A stretch of 63,727 nt of DNA, counting the filler, from Bigelowiella natans CCMP2755 (taxonomy: Eukaryota; Protista; Cercozoa), in assembly GCA_000320545.1 (NCBI GenBank). It is 5 parts of 5 records of this genome, joined end to end, with 100 filler letters (N's around TTAATTAATTAA, not from the genome) between each part and the next. Parts side by side here need not be neighbours in the genome. Positions count along the whole stretch, not along the records: positions 21,313 to 44,348 come from ADNK01002711.1; positions 44,449 to 49,040 come from ADNK01000598.1; positions 49,141 to 62,333 come from ADNK01002352.1; 2 more parts are not named here. The stretch is one strand, 5' to 3'. Positions 40,405 through 52,735 of the stretch are shown one piece after another. Each line of letters opens with the position of its first letter. Within the stretch, counting starts at the first letter, position 1. Made by a program: the position numbers and the translations under genes. The notes under the pieces were generated by a model, which saw only the letters and a program-made list of their open reading frames with translations, was not told where the DNA came from and did not search any database.

Positions 40405-41621
40405 GCGATTTGGCCTTTGAAGAAATCCAAATTTTCCAAAGTCAGAAAAAGGTTATCGAAAAATAGAAAGAGCCTCTAGAATGACATCTCTCACACACAA
40501 GACATCATCATGCACATCACCACACGCACAAATACGCACGCACGCACGCACACACACACGAGGGGCTTGGTTTATCAGAAAGCAAACGTTTGTTCGCGCA
40601 AACACGATTAAGAACTCAAATCCAGGACCAAATCCAGGGCCAAACTAGGCTGCGACATCCCAAAAAAGAAGATCAGCGTGTCCTTTTTTTCTCAATTCTT
40701 TCATCAACTCAAATTGCTGGGAAGATTCAATACGCACAGAGTTTCAAATTTCTGCGCCGAATCTGCTCTGTCGCAGGACTATATCTCCCAGCATTTTAAA
40801 GCAGTCTTTTGAATTAATGAGATTGAGTCTTCGCGGCATGGGCACTAAATTGACAGTAATGGCCCAGAGTTGGCAAGCGCGACAGGTCATCTTTCTCAAT
40901 TTTGGCTTTGCTCACTCCTAATGTGAAATGTCTTGGCAAAGTGAATGGGGGCCAGGTGTCCTGAGATTTTGAAATTTTGAAATTTCAGATTGCATCATGG
41001 ATGCGTGCATGATCAGCACAAAAAGCACGTGATCAAACAAACTGGCAAGCATGTGACAGAACCAAAGTGTCCGTTTTGACGTGCAAGCCATGCTGGCATG
41101 TGATTTGATGACACGTTTGTCGAAACAGTTGACTCTCAATGGCTGACGTTGGTTCAGTGCATCACACGCACATCGCCAGACCAAAAGTGTAGTCATGCAC
41201 CTGTTTTAGCTCGTTGGTTCCAGTTGGAATGGTGGCAAATGTCCAAAGACATTGGGATGTTTACACATTGCATGTTCATCATTTGGATTTGAACAAGAAC
41301 GTGGATGTTGCACTTGAACCAAACCAGCAAATTGCAACCTTGATCAACTGATGTCAAGCTAGTCAATGCCAGAATGCTGCGCGGCGTGTGTGATGCGTGT
41401 GACATTTCATATCAATTGCTCACTCTCGCACATATTCGATCATCTCCACAATGCAACATGAAGAATTGCAATGTGTTCATGCACAGCTAGACAGCGATGG
41501 CGATGTGCGAACTCTTCACAATGCAATGGCATGATTTGTCTGGAGTGAGAGAACAATGCTAGAATGTGTAGGACACGCGCTCCAATCTGCACTGCTAGCT
41601 GTGACGATTGAGAAACGACAT

Positions 41622-42874
41622 TCAGCAAGACATGCAACCTGGCTCTTCACGACACCTTGATTCAGCATTATCTTTCAAAAACTTCAAGCGCTTGATGCAG
41701 AAATGTCCAGACACTTTGGGTGTGACTCTTCCTGATTCCCACTGGCGAGAGGTCCATGGCAAGGACATGACCTCCTTGGCACCGCTATATGGTAGAATCA
41801 GACGCATTGTTCACAGACGAGAGCTCCATCGGAAATGCATTCTTCAAAGCTCTGCTGAGAATACGCGTAGCCACATGCCCTGAAGACGTTACATCTGTCG
41901 GTGAAACATGTCGCACGCCATGCCACTTGTGTATGTGTGCACGCCAATCGAATTTGTCAGTGTTTTTTGTCGTTCATGTACAAGATCTCACTCTCACTCT
42001 CAGCCTCATGATATTTACATTCTCCAATCATCCTCGCTGGCGCAAGTAGAGTAGGCAACTGTGGGCGTGAGGAGAATCCATTTAGCGTCGCTCCTACGCG
42101 ACACAGCCATCTGATCGTCCCAAATATGAACTGTTCCTTCCGGGTGTCGAAACCTGAGAAGCACACAACTGTGACACCAAGCCATTCCATCTTTATGCAT
42201 CCAGCTTCTCATTTGTGCGGACGATATCTCGTAGTGTTTCTATGATCGTTTCCGCATATGCGTAAGTGTAAGCTGCGCGATTGCATTCAGTTACGCGATC
42301 GAGTCGCCCACGTGCGGGATTCTCTCGTTGAAGATGTGGTCTGGTCGAATTTTGAACACAGTCTTGTAGCGAATGTTTCTCCGCCCTGCGGCAGGAAGGA
42401 GCAAAGGGGTTAAAAACTACTACGTGGGTTGATGCGCTCATGCTCGCTCATGTTTCACAGCCCGTCATCGACGAATTATGAGGTGCGAAGTTATAATGCA
42501 AGCAGTGAAAACACACTGATTAAAGTGCGACTGCTGCACACCTTCTTCAGATAGAATTTCATAGTAGCATTGAGCCAGACGCGGGGCTATCGGTGCGTAT
42601 AAATACCTTCATAGAATAGTGATTAGGTGCTAGCAGATTTGAACCCCCCCCCCTTTTTTCAGGTAGGAAGTGATCAAATCGAAAAACGCATGTCTTAAAG
42701 GGATGAGAGCGTATATGATATTGACTTTTCTCAGAATACAAATACTCCTCACTCACACAGGCAACACAGGGAAGCGTCTCAAACACCACATTCTTCCCTG
42801 TTTAATACCGGTCTGAATTGCACGTCTTCGGAGGACAATCATGGACTTCCTGTCATTTTAATAATCCAAAGGCT

Positions 42875-42950
<76 letters not shown>

Positions 42951-43327
42951 CACAAACCCCCCCCCCCCCCCCCTCTTTCCCCCCCTCCATCCTCCTCTCC
43001 CTTCTGTGGAATAATACTTTTGCTCTCTCACTGTTCGGCCTCCCGCTCATGATACCCCCTTGCACGCCGCCAAACACCTGCATTTTGTTGTTGTTGTTGT
43101 TGTTTCAAAACACACAGGGACGTCATATCGCACCGATTTCAATTCAATATGTTGATAAAGTCGATCAAGTACCCACGACCGTAACGGTGACACTTGTACG
43201 CCAACATCGTCCGCTGCTGCTGCTGCTCCTCCGTTGTGCACCACGTTATCATCGCCATTACGGACCGGGAAGGGCTTGTCGGTCACGACGAAATACTCAT
43301 ATCCTGGGTGATGAATCTTCCAACATG

Positions 43328-43374
<47 letters not shown>

Positions 43375-43930
43375 AGAGAGAGAAATGGGCCGTTGTCAAG
43401 GGCATATATCTGGGATGAGGAGATACTAGCCTTTCCTAGTTACCATGTTTACGAAAGAAGCTTGGACTTCAGCTTGAAGAAATGTCCGGAACTCTCCTAC
43501 AACGACGGCAAAATAGATAACGGTGGCAAGCATGCATAAGTGCGAATTCTCGAATAGCACCACCGCCCCTGCACAGAGAAGGCTGAGGAGGAAGAGGAGG
43601 AGGAGGAGGAGGAGGAGGAGGTACTGAAAATGAAGCTCGAGATAGCAAAGTCGGCCTCTATGCTTATACTGCGAATACGGCACTCGACTGAGCAGATGCT
43701 GCCATCTATTTGGATATAACGCCTCCCTTGGAACCCACAACCCCCATCATCTTCTCGTCGCTCATTGTGGTGTCATATACCAACGATGCAGACCGCTACA
43801 AGGTCCCTTTGCCTCCCGTTTCCCCCAACGCCATTATCATTCACTTCACCATCGCCCTGCGTGTACGACGGCAGCTTCGATCGCTCGTATTGCATGTTCT
43901 GGGTGCGGATGGTGAGATTTTGTTCCCTGC
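41622..43930 (-). CDS. Hypothetical protein with GxxRTF / RPD / DQ motifs (putative glycosyltransferase-like); 5' end unresolved
   Basis: Exons SAVFA|GEFRTFLQAEVQASFVNM|IHHPGYEYFVVTDKPFP|...|YLYAPIAPRLAQCYYEILSEE|GRNIRYKTVFKIRPDHIFNERIPH|...TVHIWDDQMAVSRRSDA. Motif order resembles a widespread uncharacterised family (G..RTF...Y..VIR.RPD...DQ.A). An apparent one-base frameshift lies near 41808. Confidence 0.55.
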
Positions 43931-44348
43931 AAACGCAAAATCAGCATCGTCGCAGCGTGAACGTGAGGAATCAACCCCAAGCGCAACGATGTTATACAGC
44001 TAAGATGAGGGCGGTGTTCGCAAAGCACGAATGCAGCACACAACAGCTTCAATCTACACTTCCTACGGGGTACAGAAAGAGCAGGCCACAATCAATCACT
44101 GTACTTTATAATCTGCTGCATTTCGATTAAATGGTCGTGGCAATGCTGCGTTGTTCCTCCTCGTCCTCCTCCTCCTCCCCTTTGGCCTGCCCCCCCCCCT
44201 TTACCCCGAACCCCCTCTTCCCCAATGTTGTGCGTATGGCTTCTGCTGAAAACGATTTCTCCGTGATTAGAAAAAGGCGTACTACTAGCTATAGAAAATG
44301 CCCCCCCACTGCTCTTGATATTTTGAAAAAGGCTTGTGCCAAGCTGGC

Positions 44349-44448
44349 NNNNNNNNNNNNNNNNNNNNNNNNNNNNNNNNNNNNNNNNNNNNTTAATTAA
44401 TTAANNNNNNNNNNNNNNNNNNNNNNNNNNNNNNNNNNNNNNNNNNNN
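44349..44448. other. Artificial contig linker
   Basis: Same 100-bp N/TTAATTAATTAA/N structure. Confidence 0.98.
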
Positions 44449-45470
44449 AGGGGGGGGGGGACAAACCGACGAGTTACCGTAGGAGAAGATTGATTGAACG
44501 AGGAAGCAAGTTGACGAAGGCGAGCAACGACTCTTCGGATCGTGTTCTTCTTCGCGGTCTAACGTGACGCTCGTGCTTCGCTCGCCAAAATCGTGTTTTT
44601 CGCCATGCACGCTACCGGAGGGAAAGCGTTCGGGGTCCCATCTAGGTTAGGGAAACAGTGAAAATGAGAGGGTGTGGGCGGTGGGGGGCTGGGGCACATG
44701 AGGAGAACGTTTCATCTCGCACCTGAGCTCGCCTGTCGACTCGTTACGTGGAAAAGCCCAGCAGTCATCAAGATTCACGTACCTTGCGACCGGAGGGCAG
44801 CAATTAGAAAGGGGGACAATCAGTTCGTGGAGATGGCGGAAATGGTCATGTAGAAGGTATGTGTGTGAGGAAAGGACTACAAGGACAACAAGGACAACTT
44901 CTTTTCTTTTTTTTTGGATTCTTTGCTGGAGCGTACTGTTGCTGTGGAAAGTGAGGCAGCCCCTCTGATCTATCCTCTCTCTTTCGAAACGGAAATTATA
45001 CTACCGCCAGCCGAGATTTTGCATTCCGTTTTCCTGCATTGCAGTGGCTGCCTCCTTCACCTGAGATGGGATCTGTGAGTAAATTGCGTTGTTGCTGACG
45101 AGGAGACGTAATTCACTGCACTGAAAACAACGCCTCGAGAAAGCGAGAATAAACCATTTTCCTACCATCTGCTCGGAGCACTGGTCGTGCCCGCAGCCAG
45201 TATCGTCGCAAGTCATCCATGTGTTCCAACCTAGGATCTGGTTTGCATCACATTGATCTCATTCCCGCTCAGACATCTTCCCAACCTCCCACCCCCCTCC
45301 ATTTTTAAATAAGCAAAGAAAATAGGGGGGGGGAAATTAAAAACACGACGCATTTTCCACCGCCGTACCGGTTGAAGGGCTAGGCCATTGTCAAGACCAT
45401 AGGCAAGAGGTGCCTTTGCGGTCATCGTGAGGATAGCGGAGAGGAGCAGCAGCAGCATCACCGACGACAT
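44449..45470 (-). CDS. Alpha-galactosidase / alpha-N-acetylgalactosaminidase (GH27), N-terminal part, secreted
   Basis: Signal peptide MSSVMLLLLLSAILTM then LDNGLALQP; GWNTW; VKEAATAMQENGMQNLGWR|YVNLDDCW (~44755-44782); WDPERFPSG (~44615-44642). These are GH27 hallmarks. Truncated by the linker at 44448. Confidence 0.92.
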
Positions 45471-46901
45471 GGCTTTTGGAGATAGCGCCGACTCAACCAT
45501 TCCAAGAGGCGATCCTGGCCGGGATTCATGCGATTTTGATGGAAATCCACGCTATTTTTTATAGAATTCAAGGAAAATTGGGCAAAATTGAACATCAAAT
45601 CCTCGAGGTGGAAACGGGCACCATTCCGAGGATCATGTCAATTCCTCAAATGCCCCACTCCTCGCAATTTTCCATGGTGGTCTTGTTGATTGAGGAGGGA
45701 GTGGATGACTTAGCACGTCCCGCGATCCTTTCAACTTCGCCATTGGAGTCACTTCATTCATCCATTCATTCAGTTCTGTCTTGCTGTGGTTTGGTTCGGT
45801 TCTCCGACTCAGGGATGGTTCACGTCACCAACTTTTGGCTGCATCGCAGCTGGATCGAGAGGGTGCGAAAAACAGCGCTCATCATTTCATGTGTGGCCAT
45901 GCGATGTGCATGACGTTCATCCATGAGCAGAACTGAATTTAATTGCTGTGCGAGTGAGCACGCTGCCGATCTGTGCAGCGGACCTCTGGAGCTGGCAACG
46001 CGGATCAAAGCTGACGATCTGCTGCGCCTGACAATCGTTGCAGCAGCACTGCATGCCATGCCCCACATTTCATTTCCCAACTGCAATCAGCAGCAAAGTG
46101 TCCAAAAAACAACAATGTCGACAATGTCGATGACGTCCTTGCTGCGTGTGACAGCTAGACAGGCGCGTGCATTGCACGTGTTGGTGCATCTCACAACAGA
46201 CTGCACGTGTCTCATCATGGCTCATCTCAGGACGTCGTCGCCTGTGTGCCCATGTGCACATGCAGACATCTGTGCATGCATCGCCACAAAGTCCATGTTT
46301 CATAGACATGCACATCCAGCACCAATGTGTACGATACACAAGACCTTTTAAATTTTACGAAAGACACATACCAGCAACGCATGCACGCAACGACCATCAA
46401 TATATCAACAAGAAACGCATTTGAACACGCCTGCTAGTTATGATTATGTGGCATTTACCGTCAATTACTCGCACAGCGACATAAACATTATGAATTTCTT
46501 TTCTCATCATCGTCGATCAGCGGCCAAAGAGAAGCTTGCCGTCATCCGTACCCGCCACGTATGGTGCAAAGCTCGCGGCAGCTGCTGACATGAGCGCTGC
46601 TGCCGAGGTTTGACGATGGCGGTCGCCGCCGCCCATCATCATCATCATCGTTGACATCGCCGAGCTGCTATTGGCTTCTTCCCCTCCCAGGAAGGATTTT
46701 AGAGGGATAATGCTCGTAATGGTGCTCTTGTTTTGAGCTCGAGACTTCGGGGTACGCAGCGGAAGAACCGTAGCTTTCTCTGCGCCACTAAAAATGTAAG
46801 TCAAACGTCGTGATTTGCGATTATGTAACGACGGCTACAGGGAGAGGCAGAGGGAGGGATGGTAAAGTAAATAATGTGGAGCATTGCGACAAAGACGCGG
46901 T

Positions 46902-47822
46902 ATGGACGGTGGGCTCGATGCTTATTTACGATTAAAAGATGACTGCGAAAAGCAACAGAAAGTGGAGAAGAAAAAGGTAACAGGAAACAGCAGCAGCAGA
47001 GGGGGGGAGATCAGGCATCATCGTAGGTGGCTATCATCTACCCTCTTAGTGAGGCAAGCGCCAACTTCGACCCCACACCGAAGAAAATCTGATGAAGAAA
47101 GAGCGGTAAGATATACCTTAGGTTAAGGAAATGTACCATTTATCATTTACTATCATCATCATCGTCGTCGTCATCATGATACTCCTCTGCTGTGGTAAAT
47201 TATGCAGTAGCGTCATCAATGTTTCATTGCTTCTTCTTCTTCTTCTTCTTCTTCTTCTTCTTCTCTTTCATCTCTGCCATAAACATCACCGAGCTGCCAT
47301 CGACTGTGGGCGAGACGGGCGTCCTGCAAGATATGTATGGCTTGTCATCAATCCGTGCTGCTTTAGCATTGCTACGACTACTGCTAGTGCTACTACTACA
47401 ACTACTACTACTACCACCACCACCACCACCACCGTCCTTGAGGATACTTCTCTCATCTACTATGTGCTCGTCGGAGTTATCATCAGCAGCGTTGCCATAG
47501 GTTTGTTGGCGAGAGTAAGCTTTAAGTGCAAGCCTTGCTTGGGATGATGAAGTGCGAGTTCTGAACACAGCTGCTACTACTACTACTACTACTTCTTCTT
47601 CTTCTTCTTTTTCTTCTTTTCTCACTGACCCCGGCACATCCACACGCCTGATCATCTGCGGCTTTCGAGCTAGATTATCACTGTTGTTGCCGTCGGCGAC
47701 AACGTGAGGAGAAGGAAGAGGGAAGAGGAGGAGGAGAAGGGGGAGGGGGGGGGGGAGGGTGAAAGAGGAAGAATAGGTGGGAAGGGGTAACATTATGATA
47801 CACACACACACACACACATATA

Positions 47823-47862
<40 letters not shown>

Positions 47863-48106
47863 GTGTGTGTGTGTGTGTGTATAAAACATGTCTTATTTTG
47901 ATAAATGTCACAATCGAATTGTCCATGAAGAAGACGACTGCTGGCAGGTATGCACCCCCGTGCGCGTCGTGAAATTATTATGTGCGCTTCTTGCGATTGT
48001 TTTGGCTGCTGCTGCTGCTGCTTATCCTTCTTTCTTTTTCTGGTTGATTTTCAGTTTTCTACTACCGTAGATCCCAGATGGTGATGCTTTTGTCCTGACT
48101 CTGCAA

Positions 48107-48138
<32 letters not shown>

Positions 48139-48420
48139 AATGACGATGACGACTACAAGATGGTGACACTCATCCACGCGCTCCCATTATTATAGCTTAA
48201 CGCACAACATATAGATGTGATATATGCGCGAGTACTCCTCCCCACATGCGTACGCACTACTACACACGCACTAATCCATGTTCTCCGCTACCGCGAATAA
48301 AATCTTGTTGTCCTGTAGCACACGCGCCTGATATTATAAGTATATATGTGCATGTATATCTGCGTGTTATGAAGAACTCTATTCATCTCTGCAGAGAGAG
48401 TGTAGAGAATGTGAAGGCGG
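46902..48420 (+). CDS. Possible coding exons of an unidentified membrane protein (may be the N-terminus of the ABC transporter)
   Basis: Hydrophobic segment LIYYVLVGVIISSVAIGLLAR followed by a GTAAG donor (~47450-47519), plus other GT-bounded segments. No family recognised. Confidence 0.25.
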
Positions 48421-48957
48421 GAGAGAATCGAGTTGAAGGCAGGAGCCTTTCTCTCTCTCTCTCGCGCTCTCTCTCTCTCTCTCTCTCGCGCTCTCTCTCG
48501 CTCTCTCTCTCGCTCTCTCTTTCTCTTCCCCCCTCCCCTCTCTCTTTCTCTCTCATTTTAGATACTGCACTAACCCTCCTATGACTCTACCCGTTGTTAC
48601 CGTGTGAATCAACGATGTGTGCGGGCGCCATGTCGCCAGGAACTTGCCCGTTCTTGAAGTAGCAGTAGTATTGTTTGTGGACGATAACGACGGGAGAGGG
48701 GGAGGGAGGGCGGAGCACAGAGTATTAGAGAAAGAGGAGGAGGAGGAGGAGGATAAGGAGGAGGAGGACAACGATTACAGGAAGAGAAGGGAGGGGACAA
48801 TATGCTATTACTAACATTTGTCAATACCTTCTATGCTACTACTACACTTTCCTGCTAGAGAAACTCCTACGACTACTATTACCACATACCATTTCTAATG
48901 CATGAAGTATATGCTTGTATTCGCATAACCTTAGGTTCGTGCGGACACTCCCCCACC

Positions 48958-48998
<41 letters not shown>

Positions 48999-49040
48999 AG
49001 ACACAAACACTGGTGACGCTAGGAGGTCCCGTATTAAGGA

Positions 49041-49140
49041 NNNNNNNNNNNNNNNNNNNNNNNNNNNNNNNNNNNNNNNNNNNNTTAATTAATTAANNNN
49101 NNNNNNNNNNNNNNNNNNNNNNNNNNNNNNNNNNNNNNNN
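49041..49140. other. Artificial contig linker
   Basis: Same 100-bp N/TTAATTAATTAA/N structure. Confidence 0.98.
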
Positions 49141-49300
49141 GATTGGTGTTTGTTGGTTCATCTCCCTCTGGCTTCAAGGGTGGTGGTTAGTACCTCATCC
49201 TCGATCTTTCTCCTCGTCACTGTAACGACCCTTGTTAATGTCCCTCCTCCTCCTCCTCCTCCTCCTCCTCCTCCTCCTTCCTTCTTCCCTTCTTCCCCAG

Positions 49301-49742
49301 GACGTCTCCAAAGTGACACAATACTCGCTGCGCTCCTCCATTGGCGTGGTCCCTCAAGATACGGTGATGTTTAACAAGGATATCTACCACAACATCCACT
49401 ATGGCAACCTTAAAAAGGACAAGGAGGACGTCATTCGCGCCTGCAAGGCCGCACAGATCTACGAGTTCATCGAGCGGCTTCCAGAGGGGTGGGATACTAA
49501 AGTGGGAGAGCGAGGACTCAAGGTAGTGCACGTAGGTTGGTAGGGAGGAAGGGGAGGAGGAGGAGGAGGAGGAGGAGGAGGAGGAGGAGGAGGAGGAGGG
49601 GGTTGCAATAGCAGGTTGATAGCAGCAAGAAAGCATTCTGAACGTTGTTTCTGACGTTCGACCGAAGGCGGAGAAGAATGTTTGTTTCTTGGTTACAGAA
49701 GCATCAGAATAGTAGATTCATAATCCCCCTCATCCAATCCTT

Positions 49743-49784
<42 letters not shown>

Positions 49785-50078
49785 CTTCTCCCCCCTCCCC
49801 CACTAGCTCTCAGGCGGAGAGAAGCAGCGTGTTGCGATAGCACGGTGCTTGCTGAAAGACCCTCCTGTCGTACTGCTAGATGAGGCTACATCCTCCCTAG
49901 ATACCGTGACGGAGCAAAACGTCCAAGAGGCTATCTTGAAGCTAGGGAGAAACCGCACTTGCATCGTTATTGCGCACCGACTGTCCACCATCGCCCATGC
50001 GGAGCAGATCATCGTGCTGAACAAGGGCAGCATATGCGAGTAATGCATTGGAAATAGTTGAATGGAAGAGGAAGTTCT

Positions 50079-50164
<86 letters not shown>

Positions 50165-50410
50165 TGTGAGGGGAGAGGGAGAAAGCGAGGAAGAGAGCAG
50201 ACAGAAAGAAGATAGATGGCACGTGGCACATAGTAATATGCCTGATTCTCCCTGACTTGTGTTAGATCCGGAACGCACGAAGAGCTCATGCAGAAGAGAG
50301 GGGTCTACCACAAGATGTGGGACGCACAAACCCGCAGTAGCGGGGGGGGGGTCACTGAAATGAAAACGAATAAAACCAACGTGGTGGTTGGGGATGAGGA
50401 AAAGTCGTAA
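49301..50410 (+). CDS. ABCB half-transporter (ABCB6/HMT1/ATM1-like), C-terminal nucleotide-binding domain, partial
   Basis: [17 protein letters not shown] (Q-loop), [10 protein letters not shown]|[13 protein letters not shown] (signature), [12 protein letters not shown] (Walker B), IAHRLST (H-loop), SGTHEELM...GVYHKMW; stop at 50410. Confidence 0.92.
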
Positions 50411-50834
50411 ATCAAGCGTCCTTCGCCAAATATCAAGCATTCGAATCATCAACTTATTGTATACGACGTGATGGTGCTACGCACTTTCGCAATGCTGATA
50501 ACGTTACGGCGAGAATATGGAGTGCGTAGACCTTTCACTGCTTTCACTGCGACAGCGAAACTTGCACTGCTGCTGCATGCGCTGTTCATATAGACTCTAG
50601 AGACTAGCTGCACAGCGATAGCGTTAGCGACGATATGAATACATTATTTTCCATCGCCTACAGCCTACAACTCTCACAGCCAACACAATGTAACGTCTGA
50701 CGTACAGCAAACTCTTTCTCATACTAGCATAGCACATTCGATCATGTCTAGATGTGCCGCGTAGCTGTGCGTCCGCCGTCGTAGCCGTCATCTCCGCTAG
50801 ATCTTGCATGCATACTTCATGTGTCCTAGTGTCA

Positions 50835-50884
<50 letters not shown>

Positions 50885-50891
<7 letters not shown>

Positions 50892-50930
50892 GGATGACCA
50901 TTGAAAAAATTTAATTGTTCATTACATCCG

Positions 50931-50935
<5 letters not shown>
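50885..50935 (+). mobile_element. Dispersed element copy 3, flanked on both sides by (TA)n
   Basis: (TA)n-CATCAGGATGACCATTGAAAAAATTTAATTGTTCATTACATCCGTCTCA-(TA)n. Confidence 0.65.
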
Positions 50936-50981
<46 letters not shown>

Positions 50982-51202
50982 CTAGCGTATGGCGCTCTTG
51001 CGCTGCGCTGGCATGCTAGCATAGTGTATGAATACTTTGTGGTGTACGATTACAGCAGGCAGCAGTGTCAATGCATGATTTTCCATGATTAAAACCAGTC
51101 CGATTCGCTTCGATCCCTGCGTTGTTACACACGTAGATCTAAACTCACATCAATCTCACACACGCGCGCGTGCATGCGTCCTCACAGATGAACCGTGCTG
51201 AA

Positions 51203-52735
51203 CTAATTATCATTTCTCTGCCTCTTGGACTTCTCAATATCAATGACGTCCTCATATCGAAGAATCTGACGGATGAAGTAGTCAGCGTTGAGCTTGGACT
51301 TTTTGTGCTCTGTGACTTCTACGAGGTTATTTGATACAGTGAATTGGATGCCGGAGGTAGATACTTTCTCCATCTCCAAGCGCTGGACTCCCTCGAGCAC
51401 TGCCGTTTCCTTCTCGTCGTTAGCCTTCTCGGACTTGGAGACAGCGGTGTATTTCGAGCCGGATTGGGTCTTGTGCTTCACGTAGAGGAGGAGAGGGGTG
51501 AGCTCTTCCTCCTTGACGCCGAGGAAACTAGCAAGCCTCTCCGTATTCATTGTCGTGCACATCTTTAGGTAGGAGTAGATCTCAGGCACCTTGCGGGTGG
51601 CCCGAACCTCATCGAGAAAAACCGCAAGCTGTAGCTGCAGCCCCTCCTCGGAATTGGTTTTCATATCTGCTTGCATGCGCATGGGAATGAACTTGGGGCA
51701 GACGGCAACGAACACCTCGCGGTACGCATCGATGTCCATGTTTCTCATCCTCTCGACTTGCTGCCCGTACCGATCCATTACCTGGTTGTACATCCCGTCG
51801 TCGAGACGCTGTGGAACGAGAGAAGCGGCTATGGCGAGGATACCGAACATTTGCTCCTTCATTTTGACCACGTTCGAGTCCTGGTAGGTTCTCGCCCCCC
51901 GGTTCCTGTGTAAGTGTCTGAGGCCTTTCTTGCCCACTCTAATGGCGTCCGCGTAACGGCGAGAAGCTAGATGTGCGAACGATAGGTGGTAGTGGTAGGA
52001 TGCGTATGCAGACCAGACATACATGCTCTCGTGGCGACCGGTGAGATCGACGTTCTTTATGTAGTTGACCGCACTCGTGTAATCGCCCATCAGGCAATTC
52101 ACCTTTAGCATTCCAATCAGGGCGAACACCCCTAAGGTTTTGAAGAATTTGTGTGGAGCTCCTTCCGAGCTTTTTTCCTCGCTGCTATCATCTCCATGGG
52201 AGACGCCGCCTTTGTCTGCGAAGGAAAGCAAGAATCGTACGACTGTGACAGGGGACCACTCGTGAGGACTCTCCTCAAGCATCTGCTTCTCCTCTTCGCT
52301 TAGGTCAGCACGATTGCGGTATGCGTGGAAAGTAGAGAACTGGTACACGAATTCGTCGATCATGTCCCAACACCAAACGGCCGGGATCTCAAATTCAGGT
52401 GCTTCAGTCGTGAGGCCCAGCAAGATGTTAAACAGCTCGATGAAATTTTGGAAGGATGCAAAGTGCGGCTGGAGCCCTTTGGAGAGCTTTTTGACGAAAA
52501 GGTGTCGAAAGTACAGCTGTTTGTACAGCACTAGAAAGTTTTCATCTTCATCTACTAGGGACTTGATCGAGGCTGCTGTTGGGAAAGAGGATGCTTTGAA
52601 TTGGGTGCTGGCAAGCTTCTCAAAGTCTTGCTCATAATTGATTTTTATTTCGTATGGAGCTTTCTTTTGCAAGTTGCGGTTCAGCTGCCTTATGAACCGC
52701 TTTGTCGATTCCGTCAGCATACTGCGCTCACTCAT
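51203..52735 (-). CDS. EIF3L: Eukaryotic translation initiation factor 3 subunit L; coding region uninterrupted
   Basis: ORF of ~510 aa containing FLVLYKQLYFRHLF, WCWDMIDEFVYQF, KTLGVFALIGMLKVNCLMGDY, CPKFI, IYSYLKMCTT and DYFIRQI, all eIF3L/Paf67 motifs. A splice acceptor at ~52741 suggests an intron just upstream of MSERS. Confidence 0.95.
   Translation of the reverse strand: MSERSMLTESTKRFIRQLNRNLQKKAPYEIKINYEQDFEKLASTQFKASSFPTAASIKSLVDEDENFLVLYKQLYFRHLFVKKLSKGLQPHFASFQNFIELFNILLGLTTEAPEFEIPAVWCWDMIDEFVYQFSTFHAYRNRADLSEEEKQMLEESPHEWSPVTVVRFLLSFADKGGVSHGDDSSEEKSSEGAPHKFFKTLGVFALIGMLKVNCLMGDYTSAVNYIKNVDLTGRHESMYVWSAYASYHYHLSFAHLASRRYADAIRVGKKGLRHLHRNRGARTYQDSNVVKMKEQMFGILAIAASLVPQRLDDGMYNQVMDRYGQQVERMRNMDIDAYREVFVAVCPKFIPMRMQADMKTNSEEGLQLQLAVFLDEVRATRKVPEIYSYLKMCTTMNTERLASFLGVKEEELTPLLLYVKHKTQSGSKYTAVSKSEKANDEKETAVLEGVQRLEMEKVSTSGIQFTVSNNLVEVTEHKKSKLNADYFIRQILRYEDVIDIEKSKRQRNDN

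Noticed and set aside
45476-46351. ORFs of 145 and 142 aa as real genes
   Set aside because: No recognisable motifs. Their length is explained by loss of TAA/TAG stops in a TpA-depleted island.
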